Assembly: GCA_051362555.1 (NCBI GenBank)
Contig: CM120640.1
Span: forward strand, 54,414,788 to 54,478,787
Origin: Lingula anatina
Taxonomy: Eukaryota; Animalia; Brachiopoda
Direction of reading: 5' to 3'
DNA: 64,000 bases
Made by a program: the position numbers and the translations under genes
Shown: piece after piece, positions 49,201-61,630 of the stretch
How the letters are laid out: the number at the start of each line of letters is the position of its first letter
Numbering within the stretch: the first letter of the stretch is position 1
The notes under the pieces: model-generated
Told to the model about the DNA's origin: nothing
What the model saw: only the letters and a program-made list of their open reading frames with translations
Databases searched by the model: none

Positions 49201-50945
49201 TTTTCAATCAATGTGAGATCTAGCGTTATTAATGCTTTCATATTTGCTTCTAAGTATTTTCAAATATTTATATGCAGCGTTGATTTGAATAGATAACATA
49301 ATTATTAGAACACGTAACTGTGACAGCCTCTTCCCTCGTGGACACGATACACTATGCCTCCTTCATCTTTATTACCTTTGTATTGATTATTTTTGTTATC
49401 AATGCAAAGTAAAGGTCTTCTCCAATACAATGTGCATTTTATTTCATTCTATCGTTTTGATTTGATTTGAATGTAAAATAATAATTATAAATTCGGTGAG
49501 TTATGGGCTTTTTTAAAACGTGTTTAGCCTGTTCCCGTTGGTTCATGTAATTTTTCCGTTAATATATAGTTGTGTTTATTCTGACACATTTGTGGTAAGA
49601 CCTTCCATAGATGGATTATATATTTCACGTATCAGCTTGAAAAAATGATGAAAGGCTGTGGAATAAAACCTAGTCTTAACACGAGACTTGAATTGGTAGC
49701 CATTATGCAACTAATCTGCCATAAACGAATAATCTTCACTGGTTGTGAAGTGAAAGAACCTCGAAATTCGACATCACGCATGTTAGCTTATTGTCGTGGC
49801 GGGAGATGGAAATTAATTTCTTCCACGATGACCAAAAAACAAACAAACAAATAAATAAATAAATAAATAAATAAATAAATTAGATTTGGGCACATGAAGG
49901 AATCAAAGGGTGAAAATGACACTGTAGGCCTATACATAGGGAAAAGTATCAAGAGGCGATTACAATCCGTTTCGTGGAATATTTCGTGTCCCTAAATAAT
50001 TTTTGTCAGCCTTCAAATTGAATTTCCGATCACTGCAGACTAGAACAACAAAATATAAACAAAATGTTATAAAACCGGGATGGTGAAGCCTTTTGAAGGT
50101 CTCCTAAAATACCATAAAAAGTGATGCGCCTGGTGGCATATCGTAGTAAAACGTGTTTTGCGTTTATTATCCTTATTCTTATTATTATAAACAGGATGGG
50201 AAAGAGGCAGTAGGCCTTTTTGCTGGAAAGTCATATTTTCTACCTCTTTTATCACTCGGGCCATAAAAGCGATAAATCCCTCCCAATAAAAGTAGGCTAC
50301 CTGATGTCATTTTTTTTTTTTTTTTTTTTGCTATAGTGCAGGTAGATAAATGACAGGCTAAGTGACAGGGCGGTCATTAAAATCAAAATTGTTTAATTAA
50401 AACGGTATAATAGGGCCTACATCTTATCCAAATGCAGGATGGTTACAACAATGATTGATGAGTAGGATAATTTTTTCTTGAAGAAAATTTGGTTTGGATA
50501 GGATACCTTTTAGGACAGAATTCCGTTTGCATTCGATCTGTTTTTGGTGAATTTCTGGCAATCCAGATAATTCCACTGAAAAGTGACACAGTTATTAGGG
50601 GGTGTTTAAAATGAGAGGTTAGGCCTACTTAAAAAGAGGGAGGGGGTCTTTTCAAAAAGTGAAAATTAGGAGTAATTTTGACAATTTAGGTATTTTGGTT
50701 TCTGGCACACGTATACTCTATGTAATTTTTCCTTTTTCAATTTTCAACCACTTACTTGTTATTTTGCATTATCATGACATCAAGTGTGCGACTGAACCAG
50801 CATACTTGTTCTAAAGCACAAAAGTAGGCCTACATTCTAAGGCGTAATGACAAGTGATTTCTCCTAGCTGTCAACATTTCGGCTTTTATTTGAACTGAAT
50901 TTAGCAAAGTAGTTATAAATTCGATATTATCTCAACGTCAAAGTT

Positions 50946-50949
<4 letters not shown>

Positions 50950-51001
<52 letters not shown>
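50950..51001. repeat. (AT)n microsatellite about 157 nt upstream of the SH2-gene ATG
   Basis: direct read. Confidence 0.95.
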
Positions 51002-51003
<2 letters not shown>

Positions 51004-51132
51004 GGATATGTCACATTATACTGTCGTTTTGGGGAAAACTTCAAAGGCTCGCTCATTATACAGCCGTGTCCATTTGAAGCCTTTTTCCTTTAATGAGAGA
51101 AGAGCAATACAGTTTCTGCGGGATAGTTTAAT

Positions 51133-51152
51133 AGGAAGTGCTTCCGGAAGTG
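51133..51152 (+). promoter_or_regulatory. Tandem ETS/GABP-type motifs just upstream of the SH2-gene ATG
   Basis: AGGAAGTG-CTTCCGGAAGTG (contains CCGGAAGTG and the palindrome CTTCCGGAAG), a motif typical of TATA-less housekeeping promoters. Confidence 0.45.
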
Positions 51153-51157
51153 AGAAA

Positions 51158-51565
51158 ATGTCGAGACTACTGAAACATTTAGGGTTTGGTGGAGGTAAAA
51201 AGAACACATATCCTCCACCAAGGGCTGATATAATTATACCACAGAGAGGATCACCAGTTTCGCTTAGCTATGAATATCAAGGCTCGGATTCAGACACCTT
51301 TCTATCGGACCAAAGCTCGCTACAAAACTCACCTCCTGTTTTGACAACATTCGGTCATACTGTATCCCCAAAGTCAAAACGAAAGGAAAAAGACAAAGAT
51401 AGGCAAGGGAAGAAAAGGGCACAGAAAGACAATGTTATGGCAATCGCGGCAACAGAAAAAACTTTGTGTAATGCTTCAAGTATGAGTCTGTCGAGCACAG
51501 ACAGTTATGGATCTAAGGGGTCACTAAAATGTGTTGATGATTCCAGAGAACAAGTACAAGCACAG
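51158..51565 (+). CDS. SH2 adaptor exon 1
   Basis: AAAATGT start context, MSRLLKHLGFGGGKKNTYPPPRAD; donor CAG|GTCAGT, phase 0. Confidence 0.75.
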
Positions 51566-54500
51566 GTCAGTAAATACGATTTCCTAGTTTGGAACATACA
51601 CATAACTCCCCTCACCTCTTCCACTTTCTTTCTCTTCCTACCCCACAGGTATTCTTCAAAAAACATCCCAACCACTACTAGGTAATTCCACAAAGGGTTA
51701 CAGTGTTGCCTCTGGGCCTGGGCACTACAAACACGTTTGTCCATCATTTTGAAGCATGCTGCTCCCCTAAGGGTGCAAGATTACGACAAACATCCCTTGA
51801 AATCTAGTTAGGATTACCTGTATAAATAATTAAAATGAATATTTCTCTTTTTTCACTTATCGATTGCTCAATATATGCCGTGAAAGATGCCATATTTACT
51901 CAGTATGTGTAGGTAGGTGTTCTAAGACATCCATACCCAGATGCAACACTGGGTTGAGACAGAACTTTCATATGTCTAATTTTCTTTGGCTTCGGTAGTA
52001 ATAATGCTATTCCAATTTCTACAAAATGTTACTGTGGATGGGTGTATTAAACATACTAAGTGTTAGTTAAAGCTGAGCTGGCCAGACTGGAGGAAGATGG
52101 CAGTGATAAATTGGCTGAGAGTTCTAATTCTTATGACTGAAAGTAAGATGCATAAATGATGTCAAAAATGTATTACCAAGAATATTCAACCAAAATGGCC
52201 AATTTCAGAAAAATGCACCTTAGAGCCAATTTAAACGTAGAGGTAAGGTTTGCGCTTGATACTTGCCAACTCCTGCAAGTTAAATGAGATTGTAGAAGTG
52301 TACTTTGACATCATTTAAATCATAAATTGGCACAAATTTGAGATGTGAAAACACCTCTTAAACAACTTCCAGCATCTGCTTTAGGTGTTCCAAGGTGGTC
52401 AGACATTAATATATTTATTTATAAATATAAGTGAAATTGTATGATTGGAGTTCAAAGCATATTAAGAATAACGCTAAGTATGGTTAAGCTGCTGCTTGAA
52501 TATATTCATTTTTAACATTTTAGATGGGGCATCATTTAGGAAACACTACTCATTTAGTGGATATTTTTATATATGTAATCCACTTCTTATTTGACAGCAG
52601 AGAGGGGTGCTTTTGTATTGAAACAGAGCTTTCCCCAGGTAGCCATCAAGCCATCATTTGGACAGCCATTAGCCTCAAAAGATGGCCTGAATTTCCAAAG
52701 ACAGCTGAAAGGCTTATAAAATTTTTGGGTTGGTTGGTTGAGCTTGCTTGGGATGGACTCCCAGTAATCAATGACCAAATTAAAGATTCACATCTCTGTA
52801 TGCCAAATCCTGGGAAAACCCCTGTATTGAAAGGCAGATTCTTTTACCTATTTTTTTATCTGCCTTTCTTTTACACCCCTCCCCCCTCACATATATATAC
52901 TATAGAAACAAGATGTAATACAGGTTGATGTAAATTTTATTTGTTGCTTAAGAATGAAACTTATATTGCAATCCAGGATCCCCCTATGGATGGTGCCTAT
53001 AGTGATGTAATAGACACCAGAGAAGGGGAGGAAGGTCCAGAGGAAGCTGATACACTACAAGAAATGTTAGACACAGACCTGTACACAGAACCTTATGGTA
53101 CTCACAGACCTATCAGAGGTACATATATGTGGAAGAGATCTTTGATATAGCATAAAAATTGTCTGCTCTATAAATAGTTTGTAAGACATAAACAAAATGA
53201 AATTTAACTGTGTTCTCGATAGTGAATTATCACTTAAACTATTGTACTGATTCCGCGGATACTCTTGCTAAATGCAGTCAGATTTAATTTAACAGATAAC
53301 CATGCCTACTTCAACTGTTGAGTAGAATACAAAAAGTTGGTGATCATATGAGTATGTCCAAAAACAAGAGGAGATGTTAATCTGATTGCATTCAGTGAGA
53401 TCCCTGCAGAATTAGTTCAAACTAAGTAGTAGGATAGTTTCATTGTGAACACACCCCAAGGTCCCTGTTAATTTTCCATTAAGGAAATTTTGTCTGAAAC
53501 AGATTTTCTTATAATTCATTTGTAAGCAGTTATTTTATGTTATAGTCTTCCCAGATGGAGATGTCAGTGAAGAGGAATATGACCTACCTTATGAGTTTGC
53601 CAGTCCCACAGATGCCCTTGGGCAACATTTAACATCAGAGAGTCACATATACAGTAAGACACAACCAGTGATAGCTAGCCCTGCTAAAGTAGCAACAGAT
53701 CAACAAGAAGAAATGTATGACAGACTGAAATTGCAGGTTATTCCCAGAGACAAGCCTATTCCTGTAAAACCTGTAGTGCTACGAGACAAGACCACATTAA
53801 GTCATGCTAGGAGGGCTACCAAACCACCACTAGATGATGGCCGACCCAGTAATGACTATGATGACCCGTGGGAGTTTTCCAAGACTAAAACAAATTTGGT
53901 GCAAGTTGGTTTCAATGGGACATCCCCCGTGGAAGCTCCGCATCCACATCCGGCTTTATCAAGTCGAGTGTCAGGGAGCAAAGAACAGCCATTTGTAATG
54001 ACAGCTGAGGCTGATCCAAGACCTACAGCAGACTATGAACAACCTTGGGAATATAACAAAAAGAAAAGCTTAGTGTTTGAGAATATGCCAGCTAATCCTG
54101 ATCCAGTAGATGGGAGTTTACAGCATATAGACTATACAAAAAAGTCGAACAGAATATCACGTCAGATTTCAGCATCTGACACAGGAAAAGTGCCGTTACA
54201 AAGGGGGATGTCATACGACAGTGGTGCTGACATACCACCTTCCCCTGCCCCCATCACTGTCACTGATCATAGGGGTCAAGGTGTCACAACTGGTGCTTCT
54301 GAGAATTATGAGGAACCTTGGGATCTCACAACCCAGCAAAATATATTTGAGAACAAGCTACAAAACAAGCATGGCAGATCTAACCCTCTCCCAAGGGCCG
54401 CCTCTGCTGAGCATGATATCCCCCATGCTCATAATCATCATAAACAATTAAAATTTCAGCAATCTCTTCCAAATTATGAAGATCCTTGGGACTTAGAAAG

Positions 54501-57500
54501 CAGGCAGAAAGAATTCCAAAGCAAACTTAAGATTAAGGAGGACAAGAAAGATGCAGCTGTGTCAGAAAAAAGTCATGTTTATGACTTGTTTGAAAAACAA
54601 ACTAACAAAGAGGGTAAAGTTACATTCTCACAACAAGAGCCTGATATTGCAAGTAGCAAACCAAATGAAATGTCTCGAAAAAAGCATTCACAGGGTTCAG
54701 TTAAAAATCGCAAGTCATACAAAATGGCCACAGGGGATGTGCCATGTGATCCAGAGGTCTTTGACCAAGACACAGGAAATGAAGATTACAACTACTCTCA
54801 AGAGGTGAACCAGGAATTTCAAGAAAATTCACCAAGAGAGCACTTACCTATACAACGCATACAAAGTATAAAAAATCGAGATTCCTACAGACAGGCAGTG
54901 GGAGATGTTGATGTTGTGCATGAGGGTAAAAGTGCTGAATGTGGAGGAAATCAGCCATCTGGCTCACTACAATTGTCTGGAAGGAGAACACCACCACAAC
55001 CAGGTGAAAGATTTGATTTTTGAATTTGTGGGTTTTATTGTGTTTGCATGTGTGTGAAGCTTGCAAGTTTAAAGCTATCTCTCCGAACATAGACTTAGAG
55101 AAACAGTTAGCATGATTTCTTTTTTTTTGCATGGAATCTCTTACACAATCTTTATACTTTTTGATACCTTAAGCTTCTGACTAAACAAGTTAACTTCCAA
55201 CTTCAGCACGACCTCCAAAACCCAAAGCCTCTAGAGAGTCTAGTCCAATGCCAAGGAAAGATGATATGGTGGAACCTTTGGAACAAAACCATTTGACAGA
55301 TGCTGATACCAGACCCACTGAAGATTATGAAGACCCCTGGGACATTAAAGCCAAGCAGCAAGGGACAGCAGTTTCACAGCTGTTGGCAGGTAGGTCATCT
55401 TTTGTATTAGTTTATAATGTTTTAGACTTTATTTTAAATGAGTTTTGCATTCTTGGTGTAAAAAGTACAATAATTAATAGATAAGCAAAACAGCAACACA
55501 TTTGGTTACCGAGCTCATAATGGCGGTTGTTTTTGTATTTAAAAAAAAATGATAATAACAGTTTTTCATAGTGAGAAAAGTTCATAATGGAAAATACTAA
55601 AATAATTTTAGATTTTCAGCAGCTGAAGGGAAAAGCCATTAAGATTTACAATTTATGTGTCCACTGTCCATTTATTATCTAAAATTGTGACAAATGTATA
55701 CATCTACTGATGCCATGTAACACTTGGTGTTGCAAGGGAATCACATAGCAAACAATATATATTTCCAACATTTCTTCCTCTAATTTTTTTCATTTATAAT
55801 TTGTTGTTACTTGAGATTGAATTTGATTTAAAAAAAAATTAAAATCAATTATACTAAAAATGCTATGTACAGCATCAATATTTTCATTAATACGTTATGA
55901 ATCTGAGCAGAGCAAGAGAGAATGATCTTGGCAGATAATTTTGAAAAGAAGGCATTTGAATTACATGTGCACTGCCAACTATCTTTCCTCTTGCACATAC
56001 ATAATAGAAAGTCAGTATTGTCCCTGAAACATAATCAGTTACTGATATATAAGTGACTTCATACCATATATAATTATTCACCATACTGCATGTTAGTGCA
56101 TAAAATAGTCCCTAAAACCAAAGTTCTGACAAGGTTGTTAAACACAATGTATAGTTCTATTTTATAAACTATAGATCTATGTGAGAACAAAAAAAAAAAA
56201 AAAAAAAAAAAAAGACAATTGAGCACAGTTTTACAGTCTGAGGGATACTTCTCAAGTTGACCCAGTGTGACAGTGTGATTATAAAACACTTGGTTCAGGG
56301 AGACCTTTTTTGTTAAACATCTTACTAATTTTCTGTGGGATTGATTAGAGAGTTAGAGAAACCCAAAATAGTGTTGAGAAATATTTCATAGTTTGATGAT
56401 TTGTTTGCAGGTAGTGGGAAAGTTGCTGTTGTCCACCCAAATGTGCAGAAGTCTAACAGTACTGAAACATTAGGAGAAAGAATAGATCCAGACATACCTT
56501 TGGTACACCAAGGGTAAGGATATATTGTTTTTTTTTGTATTGAAGTAAATGAAATTATGTTCACTTACTTGGAATACTAAAATTAAAGACATCCTGTAAA
56601 AAAGATATCTGTGGATGTCTGTCAAAAGTAAGTAAAATAAAGGTATTGCATGTAAACAGTTTTGTAAATGTGTGTGTGTGTGAGTGAGGGGGGTGGGGGT
56701 GGGGGCTTATGGCCTTACTACAACTGTGTCACAAGATTCCATGGGTACATCTTAATGTCTATAGACCTTTATATACATTTAATCAATATGTATTTTGAAA
56801 TTGATGTTTTTGATCCAAGGGGAAATATTCAAAATATAATCAGAAACCATTTTAATTACAAAGTTAAATGTTACCTGTTCAGTTGCTATGACAGTTACTG
56901 GCCATACTGAAGTTTTCTGTCTGGCTGCACATGGGCTTGATGTCTTTATCACATAAGTGGGGCCCACGTTTTTGTGAATCTTGTTTTTTTTTCTCTCCAT
57001 TTGAGAGTACATTTCAACTTAAAGATCAAGTGTATTTTTCATGAAAAATATTTATATTTAAATAACATGTGGGTTGAAATAGAAAACCCTTCCTTTGATA
57101 CCGCAAGAAGTCGGGCAAAATATTTAAAATGACAGTATGTTAATCTAAGACCTACTAGTAGTTGTGAGTAAAGAATATACAAGGTATGGCTCTAAAATAA
57201 TGGGACTGGTGTTGTATGTGTGCTAAGAATTACAATATTTGTATGTGTTGTAAGGTACCTCAGATAATTGATTATAGTGCACATAACTAATTTCATTTGT
57301 CCTTGTTGAAATATATAAATATAAACTGTCAGTAGCCAATGTGTCATGGTAATCCCCCCATCTCTGTGCCCCTGCATGAAGTGAGATTAAGGAACATACT
57401 AGTAGAATTCTGTTGTCTGTCTACGGATGTATTCTTGACTCGGTATCTAATCCTTTAGTGTTCAGTCTCTTTCGCCTGTTAACATGGACATTCCATTGTT

Positions 57501-59050
57501 CTACATTTTTACATGCACACACTGGCTTTGTTTGGTGAAAAAGGTTCCTTTCAGAAATTGGCAAAGGTCTTATTTTTCCACTATTTTTTTTTTTGTTTTT
57601 TGGATGCATTTTTGCAATATTTGCATTTTACTTCAAATTTGCTGAGTAACTTTGTTTTGCAAAAAAGGTTTATTTCCAAAATCAGCACAATCATTTTTAT
57701 ATAAGTTCCAATTTTTTATTATTTTTTAATGTAAATATCATTGCTATGATTTTTCGCTGTTAAGTATTTGTATATTTGCCGGCTTTGCAAATTAGATAAA
57801 TAATTATAATAAATTTTTAAAGGTATTTTTTGTACTGTTGATTCAGAGTGCCTTTTTTTATAAGTAGAAAAAGGAATAGTGCAATTAGATTGTTTAAAAA
57901 TATTATAATGTGTCATTGATTTCCTTGTTTTATTTTCCAAACTAGATGGTATCATGGCTCTATTAGTCGCACAGAAGCAGAGAACTTGCTCCGTGTACAC
58001 AAAGAGGGAAGTTTTTTGGTACGAATGAGTGAGAGTAATAAAGAAGATTACTCTTTATCACTAAGGTTTGTTAATATCTTTTGATCACTAGGTGCTTTTA
58101 TTTGTTCTCTGCTGTCAATGTTGCCTTTATATTATTATCAATTGTGATTTTAACTTTTGCTTTGATAGCTGTTGTTAAAGGCATGCAACAAGTGTTGAGG
58201 TTAATACAATAAAAAAATTTGAATTTCCGGGAAATTACTAGATTTTACTGGAAATTTTAAGTTTTAAAAATTTAAAGTTTTAAAAATTTTAATTTTAAGT
58301 TTTAAAAATTTAGTCTCACTATGTACATGGGATCTGGTTAGTTAAACTCCTTAAGGTAAAAATTAGAACATTGAAACTGGTTTTTAGATTGGATTTTTTA
58401 TCAAAAAATTTAAATAGGGAAATCAATACTTTGTTGATAAAGGGAAAATTATTAAAATTTTTACCAAAATGATTTTTGCCATAATAAGGTGTAAGGGCCC
58501 ATTCTCAATAAAACTAATGTTTTAAGTAGACCAATCCAACTCTGCAGGGACTTGCTGAATGAATCAGATTATCATACCTCCTACTGTTCTTAATATACTG
58601 TTAAAATCACCAGCTTTTCTGTATTCTACTCAATGCCAGGGGTGGGAGTGTTAATCTATTACTCTACATGGAACAGTAGTTTCATTGGGAATGAGCCCTA
58701 AGATTATGCACAACACAAACCATAAATTTTCCTGTATGATGGCATCATTATCTGTGTGAAATCATTTGTATTTGCGAGTTTTGTAACTTTTTATAAAATA
58801 GATATGTTCTTCAATAACCACTTTTTTGATAAAAATATTTTACCATTCTCAAAAATTTTTTTTCAGAGGTAAGTGTGGATACATGCATATGAAGATCACA
58901 CGCAAAGATGGAGGTTATGTCCTTGGTCAGTTCAGTCAGCCCTATGAGACCATCCCAGGAATGGTCAACCACTACACCTTGAATAAACTGACTATTAAGG
59001 GGGCAGAACATATGTGCCTTTTGCACCCTGTGGCTGGGGATGTTCTTTAG
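51158..59050 (+). CDS. SH2-domain adaptor of the SHB/SHD/SHE/SHF family, 7 coding exons, about 862 aa
   Basis: join(51158..51565,52977..53118,53555..55003,55207..55389,56411..56513,57946..58065,58867..59050) = 2589 nt, GT-AG, frame consistent. N-terminal PPPRAD, multiple YxxP/YxxPW motifs, GERIDPDIPL just before the C-terminal SH2 (WYHGSISRTEAENLL...GSFLVRMSES...HMKI...LGQFS...HY...IKGAEHMCLLHPV). Confidence 0.88.
52977..53118 (+). CDS. SH2 adaptor exon 2
   Basis: atccag|GAT; DPPMDGAYSDVID...LYTEPY; donor AGAG|GTACAT, phase 1 (an alternative phase-1 donor after 53097 is possible). Confidence 0.7.
53250..53460. mobile_element. Degenerate MITE copy in SH2-gene intron 2
   Basis: GTTGAGTAGAATACAAAAAGTTGGTGAT...TTAATCTGATTGCATTCAG..TCCCTGCAGA; same family as 11883-12142, inverted relative to the core of 58495-58698. 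Confidence 0.6.
53555..55003 (+). CDS. SH2 adaptor exon 3 (large disordered, Tyr-motif-rich exon)
   Basis: cttcccag|AT; 1449 nt open; YDLPY, YDDPW, YEQPW, YEEPW, YEDPW; donor CCAG|GTGAAA. Confidence 0.85.
55207..55389 (+). CDS. SH2 adaptor exon 4
   Basis: cttcag|CA; RPTEDYEDPWD; donor GCAG|GTAGGT. Confidence 0.82.
56411..56513 (+). CDS. SH2 adaptor exon 5
   Basis: ttgtttgcag|GT; ...LGERIDPDIPLVHQ; donor AAGG|GTAAGG, phase 2 (not in the ORF track). Confidence 0.85.
57946..58065 (+). CDS. SH2 adaptor exon 6 (SH2 N-half)
   Basis: actag|A; WYHGSISRTEAENLLRVHKEGSFLVRMSESNKEDYSLSL; donor AAG|GTTTGT (not in the ORF track). Confidence 0.9.
58495..58698. mobile_element. PIF/Harbinger (Tourist-like) MITE in SH2-gene intron 6
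   Basis: TAA|GGGCCCATTCTCAATAAAACTA...TAGTTTCATTGGGAATGAGCCC|TAA; 3-bp TAA TSD. Confidence 0.8.
58867..59050 (+). CDS. SH2 adaptor exon 7 (SH2 C-half, stop)
   Basis: ttttttcag|A; GKCGYMHMKITRKDGGYVLGQFSQPYETIPGMVNHYTLNKLTIKGAEHMCLLHPVAGDVL*. Confidence 0.9.
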
Positions 59051-61189
59051 ATTCTGGTCGTGTGTTGGGAATAGACTGAGATTTTTCATTAAATGTTTTC
59101 AGATAACCATGTTGCTTTACATAGCATTTAGCATTTTTAGACATAATGTTGTTCCTGGTGTAAAGTGGAGTTTAGCCTCTTGCCAATTTAAGTTGGTCCC
59201 AAAGTGATACCACAACCAAAGAGAGGCTAAAGGGTAAACAGAGCCCTTTACTCCTCTGATTACAAGATAGATTTGCTTATGTAGCCCTTTTATGTGTGAA
59301 GATCTCAAATAAATGTACTTACGTTAGTCATTAAGTGCTTTATATATATTTACTTTTCTACATGAAAGTAATTTACCCATTTGCTATGTGTTAGTGTTAA
59401 CGGTAATTATTGTTAACAGTTATAGCAATTAATGGTAAGCAAACCAAGAAAATATAAGCACTCCTTTTCAGCAGTTAACATGTCCAGGAATTGTATCCAG
59501 GAACTATTCAAAACAAACAGAGTTCTAAGAGATGTTTATTTGAGAAGAAATGTATGCTTAATTTTTCTGGGATTGTTTTAGATACCAATCTTTTATCAAT
59601 GACCCTTTTTAATAGAAATCCAATAACAACTATTCAGCATGTTCTGTGTTCCTATATTTTACATATATGTATATATGAGACATTGTTTGTAAGCTTACAC
59701 ATTCAGACATCAGTGTGAAATTATGGAGGATTTCATGTTCACATAAATGTTATTGTTATGTATCATGCATTTATTTTTTAATTACATAAACCTGTAACTC
59801 CCTTAATTACTGTAGCAAAGAACTGTATTATTGTAGCATAGAACTTAAAAGTGAAAAGGCCTGGTTCTTTATCAAGAATTTGTATTTAAAAAATGAGAAT
59901 TTAGGCCACAGGACAGTACTGAGGACATATTCAGCATTGTTTTTTTTTTTGTATTTTCTTAGTGTATTTAAAGATGGCAACTAACTTGTAAGTTCAGCCA
60001 ACACAGCTTTAAAAATTGCTTCCCTGTTATAATGCCATTTAACCATCAGATGCTTCCTTTTATCATGTATTTGTAATTATATCAGTAAAAAACATTAATT
60101 GTTGTTATTTCAAATAGCAACTCATTCTGACATACAGTGGTACCTTCTAAGTGCAATATAGCTTATGCTGAATAAAAATGTCATAAATGTTGTCCAAGTG
60201 CAGTGTATTTAAAATGTTTGAGATATGTGACAAGCAGTGTTTTTATTCACTTCTATGTTAAAAATGGAGCATCAATATTATTATTATTATTATTATTATA
60301 TAAAGTTTTTTTGGCAAGGACTAATTTCGGATCAGTAGCAGATACTGCATTGAAACATTTATTGTTTAAAATACTATAACATGCTGGGAGATGCAATTTT
60401 CTACAGAATTTTAAAGAATTTATTTGAAATGTTTTCCCCTGAAGTTGGTAAGAGGTGTTTGAGATCATAGTTTGTAATAGCTTGGACATGGTTTCTGTAC
60501 TGATGAGAGGTCCTGGTTTGTAATTGACTAGGTTTGTATGACAACAGAAGAATGCTTGTAACATTTTGTTCATTAGCATTAGGTGAAAGTAGCACTTTCT
60601 GTACAAGTTAACACAGGTGAGTAGTATTTGCTGTTCTGATGTCAAAAATACAAACTCACTACCTAGGGACCTGCTTCCTAACTGAAGATGCAGTTACAAT
60701 TAATTGAGCTTAACAGGATTTTCTAATGAAATCTTAGTTACAGATTTTAAAATGTTTACAACGACTTCCAACATTTTCACTATCATCAATCAGAGCTTGA
60801 TGTGGTCACATTACAGAATAGAAAGTTGATTGAATGAGACAAAAGTAATTCTAGTTTCACTAGGCAAGAGACCAGATTGTCAAATAGTGGAAGGGGAGTG
60901 GGGTAAATATTGTCCCCTAGCTGTTATCTTTTTGATTCTGCTGTTGAAGATGAAAGCAGGTGGGAGTAGTGACCCTGACAAATACTTCCTTCTTTCAAGT
61001 TGGACCCATAATGGGTGTCACAATTGCCCACGATATTGCATGTTTATCAACTCTCAACGAAGTGTTTGTTAAAAAAAAAAAAATTCAGTCCCGCTAGATG
61101 AAATTTTTGAATTGTCGGTGCCACTTAAGGAAGCATGTATCTTTTGACATGTGATTTTTATTGGAAGTTAATATTGGCATTAAAACTGT

Positions 61190-61630
61190 CAGGGTTCATA
61201 CAAGAACAACTGAGAACAAATGGAAGGCCTTCAAGGAAATTTGATGCATTTATTGAAGTACTTTTCAAGGACCATTGAATGCAAATGAGGGTAAAGTACT
61301 GTCATATGTTAGTCTACATACCAAAGAAAAAAGGCAAGTAAGATTTCATAGAAACTGTATTTTAACACATTAATGATGAAACATGAAAATAATAAAATCA
61401 AATGATGCCCAAAAGGGGTATTCTGACCTGCAAATTATTTTCTACATGCATGTTAAGAACAAGAAGATCCCCAAAAAGTTTGAAAATTTCTTTAACAAAT
61501 TTCTTGAACAAATATGAGTACTTTTTCATGGTTAAAAATGGAGTAAAGTCCTTTTCAAGGATAATAAGCACTTTCAAGTACTTTTCAATGCCACAAACTG
61601 GATTCAAGGTGCAGGGCTGTATGAACCCTG
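61190..61630. mobile_element. hAT-like non-autonomous element with 5-bp TSD (hAT5-like)
   Basis: 13-bp perfect TIR CAGGGTTCATACA/TGTATGAACCCTG; TSD ACTGT at 61185-89 and 61631-35; repeated subterminal TTCAAG(G) motifs. Confidence 0.75.

Noticed and set aside
51002-51157. Upstream in-frame ATG extension of SH2 exon 1
   Set aside because: Starts right after the (AT)n tract and upstream of ETS promoter-like motifs; ATG 51158 matches the family N-terminus better.
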